Origin: the human T2T-CHM13v2.0 reference genome, Homo sapiens
Direction: 5' to 3' (one strand)
Length of the DNA stretch: 64,000 bases
Assembly: GCF_009914755.1 (NCBI RefSeq)
Contig: NC_060931.1
Shown here in pieces: positions 63,517-64,000 of the stretch; the stretch's first letter is position 1; each line of letters opens with the position of its first letter. The notes beneath the pieces are model-generated. The model was given only the letters and a program-made list of their open reading frames with translations. It searched no databases and had not been told where the DNA came from. The translations under genes and the position numbers were made by a program.

Positions 63517-64000
63517 TGAACCAATGCACCCTCCTGAGTTGTCTCAGCCTTCACAGCACTCTGCAAAGGTGGAGAAACTTAAGAGTGGGGAAACGATGTT
63601 CAGGGTTTCTCAGTGTTCAGAAGAACACGGGTCCCAGGCTGCTTCTGCCATGAACAAATACTCATGATATTTTAAGTAAAAACACTACAAATAGTATGCA
63701 TTACTTGATGCCAATTTTTGAAAAATTGGTGGATAAGCACAAACAAATTGGAAAGATATCCAAAAGCATTCATGGTGATTTTTCTCTCGGTCATTAGATG
63801 GTTGCATTTTTCTAATTTTTACAGTGATTATGTATTGCTTTCATAATCAGGCAAAAACATCAGAGTTAGAAAAAATATATAATGAAAAAGAAAAATCGAT
63901 GCCTTATCAAGTCATGAACAAAAACCCAAAAATGCTGAAAGGAACGGCACCAAACCATCCAAAGGAATTACCTTTGGCCAGAAGTTTTAGGTTAATTTGG

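Overview
Human (or great-ape) Alu-dense genomic DNA, recognisable as the chr7q34 ATP6V0A4/SVOPL locus. The minus strand carries the last nine coding exons of ATP6V0A4 (V-ATPase V0 subunit a4). They lie between 61979 and 23080, total 1203 nt (400 aa plus stop), all have GT-AG boundaries with consistent phase, and the 3'UTR ends near 22750. A probable non-coding first exon of SVOPL lies at about 17627-17810; this call rests on recalled gene order plus a donor site. Two processed pseudogenes lie on the + strand: RPL17 (5393-6029) and UQCRFS1 (18074-20140). The rest is roughly 80 Alus (count by eye), L1 fragments, MaLR/ERV LTRs, microsatellites, an AT-only array and a constant-core/variable-spacer VNTR. 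Almost all ORFs in the supplied track are Alu or low-complexity artefacts. The most unusual signal is a set of apparent replication template-switch fossils at several scales: a ~355-bp non-Alu inverted duplication with a 32-bp junction direct repeat in an ATP6V0A4 intron, a templated inverted+direct insertion copied from 1.8 kb away, and micro-inversions in the UQCRFS1 retrocopy and in Alus. No novel protein-coding system is supported.
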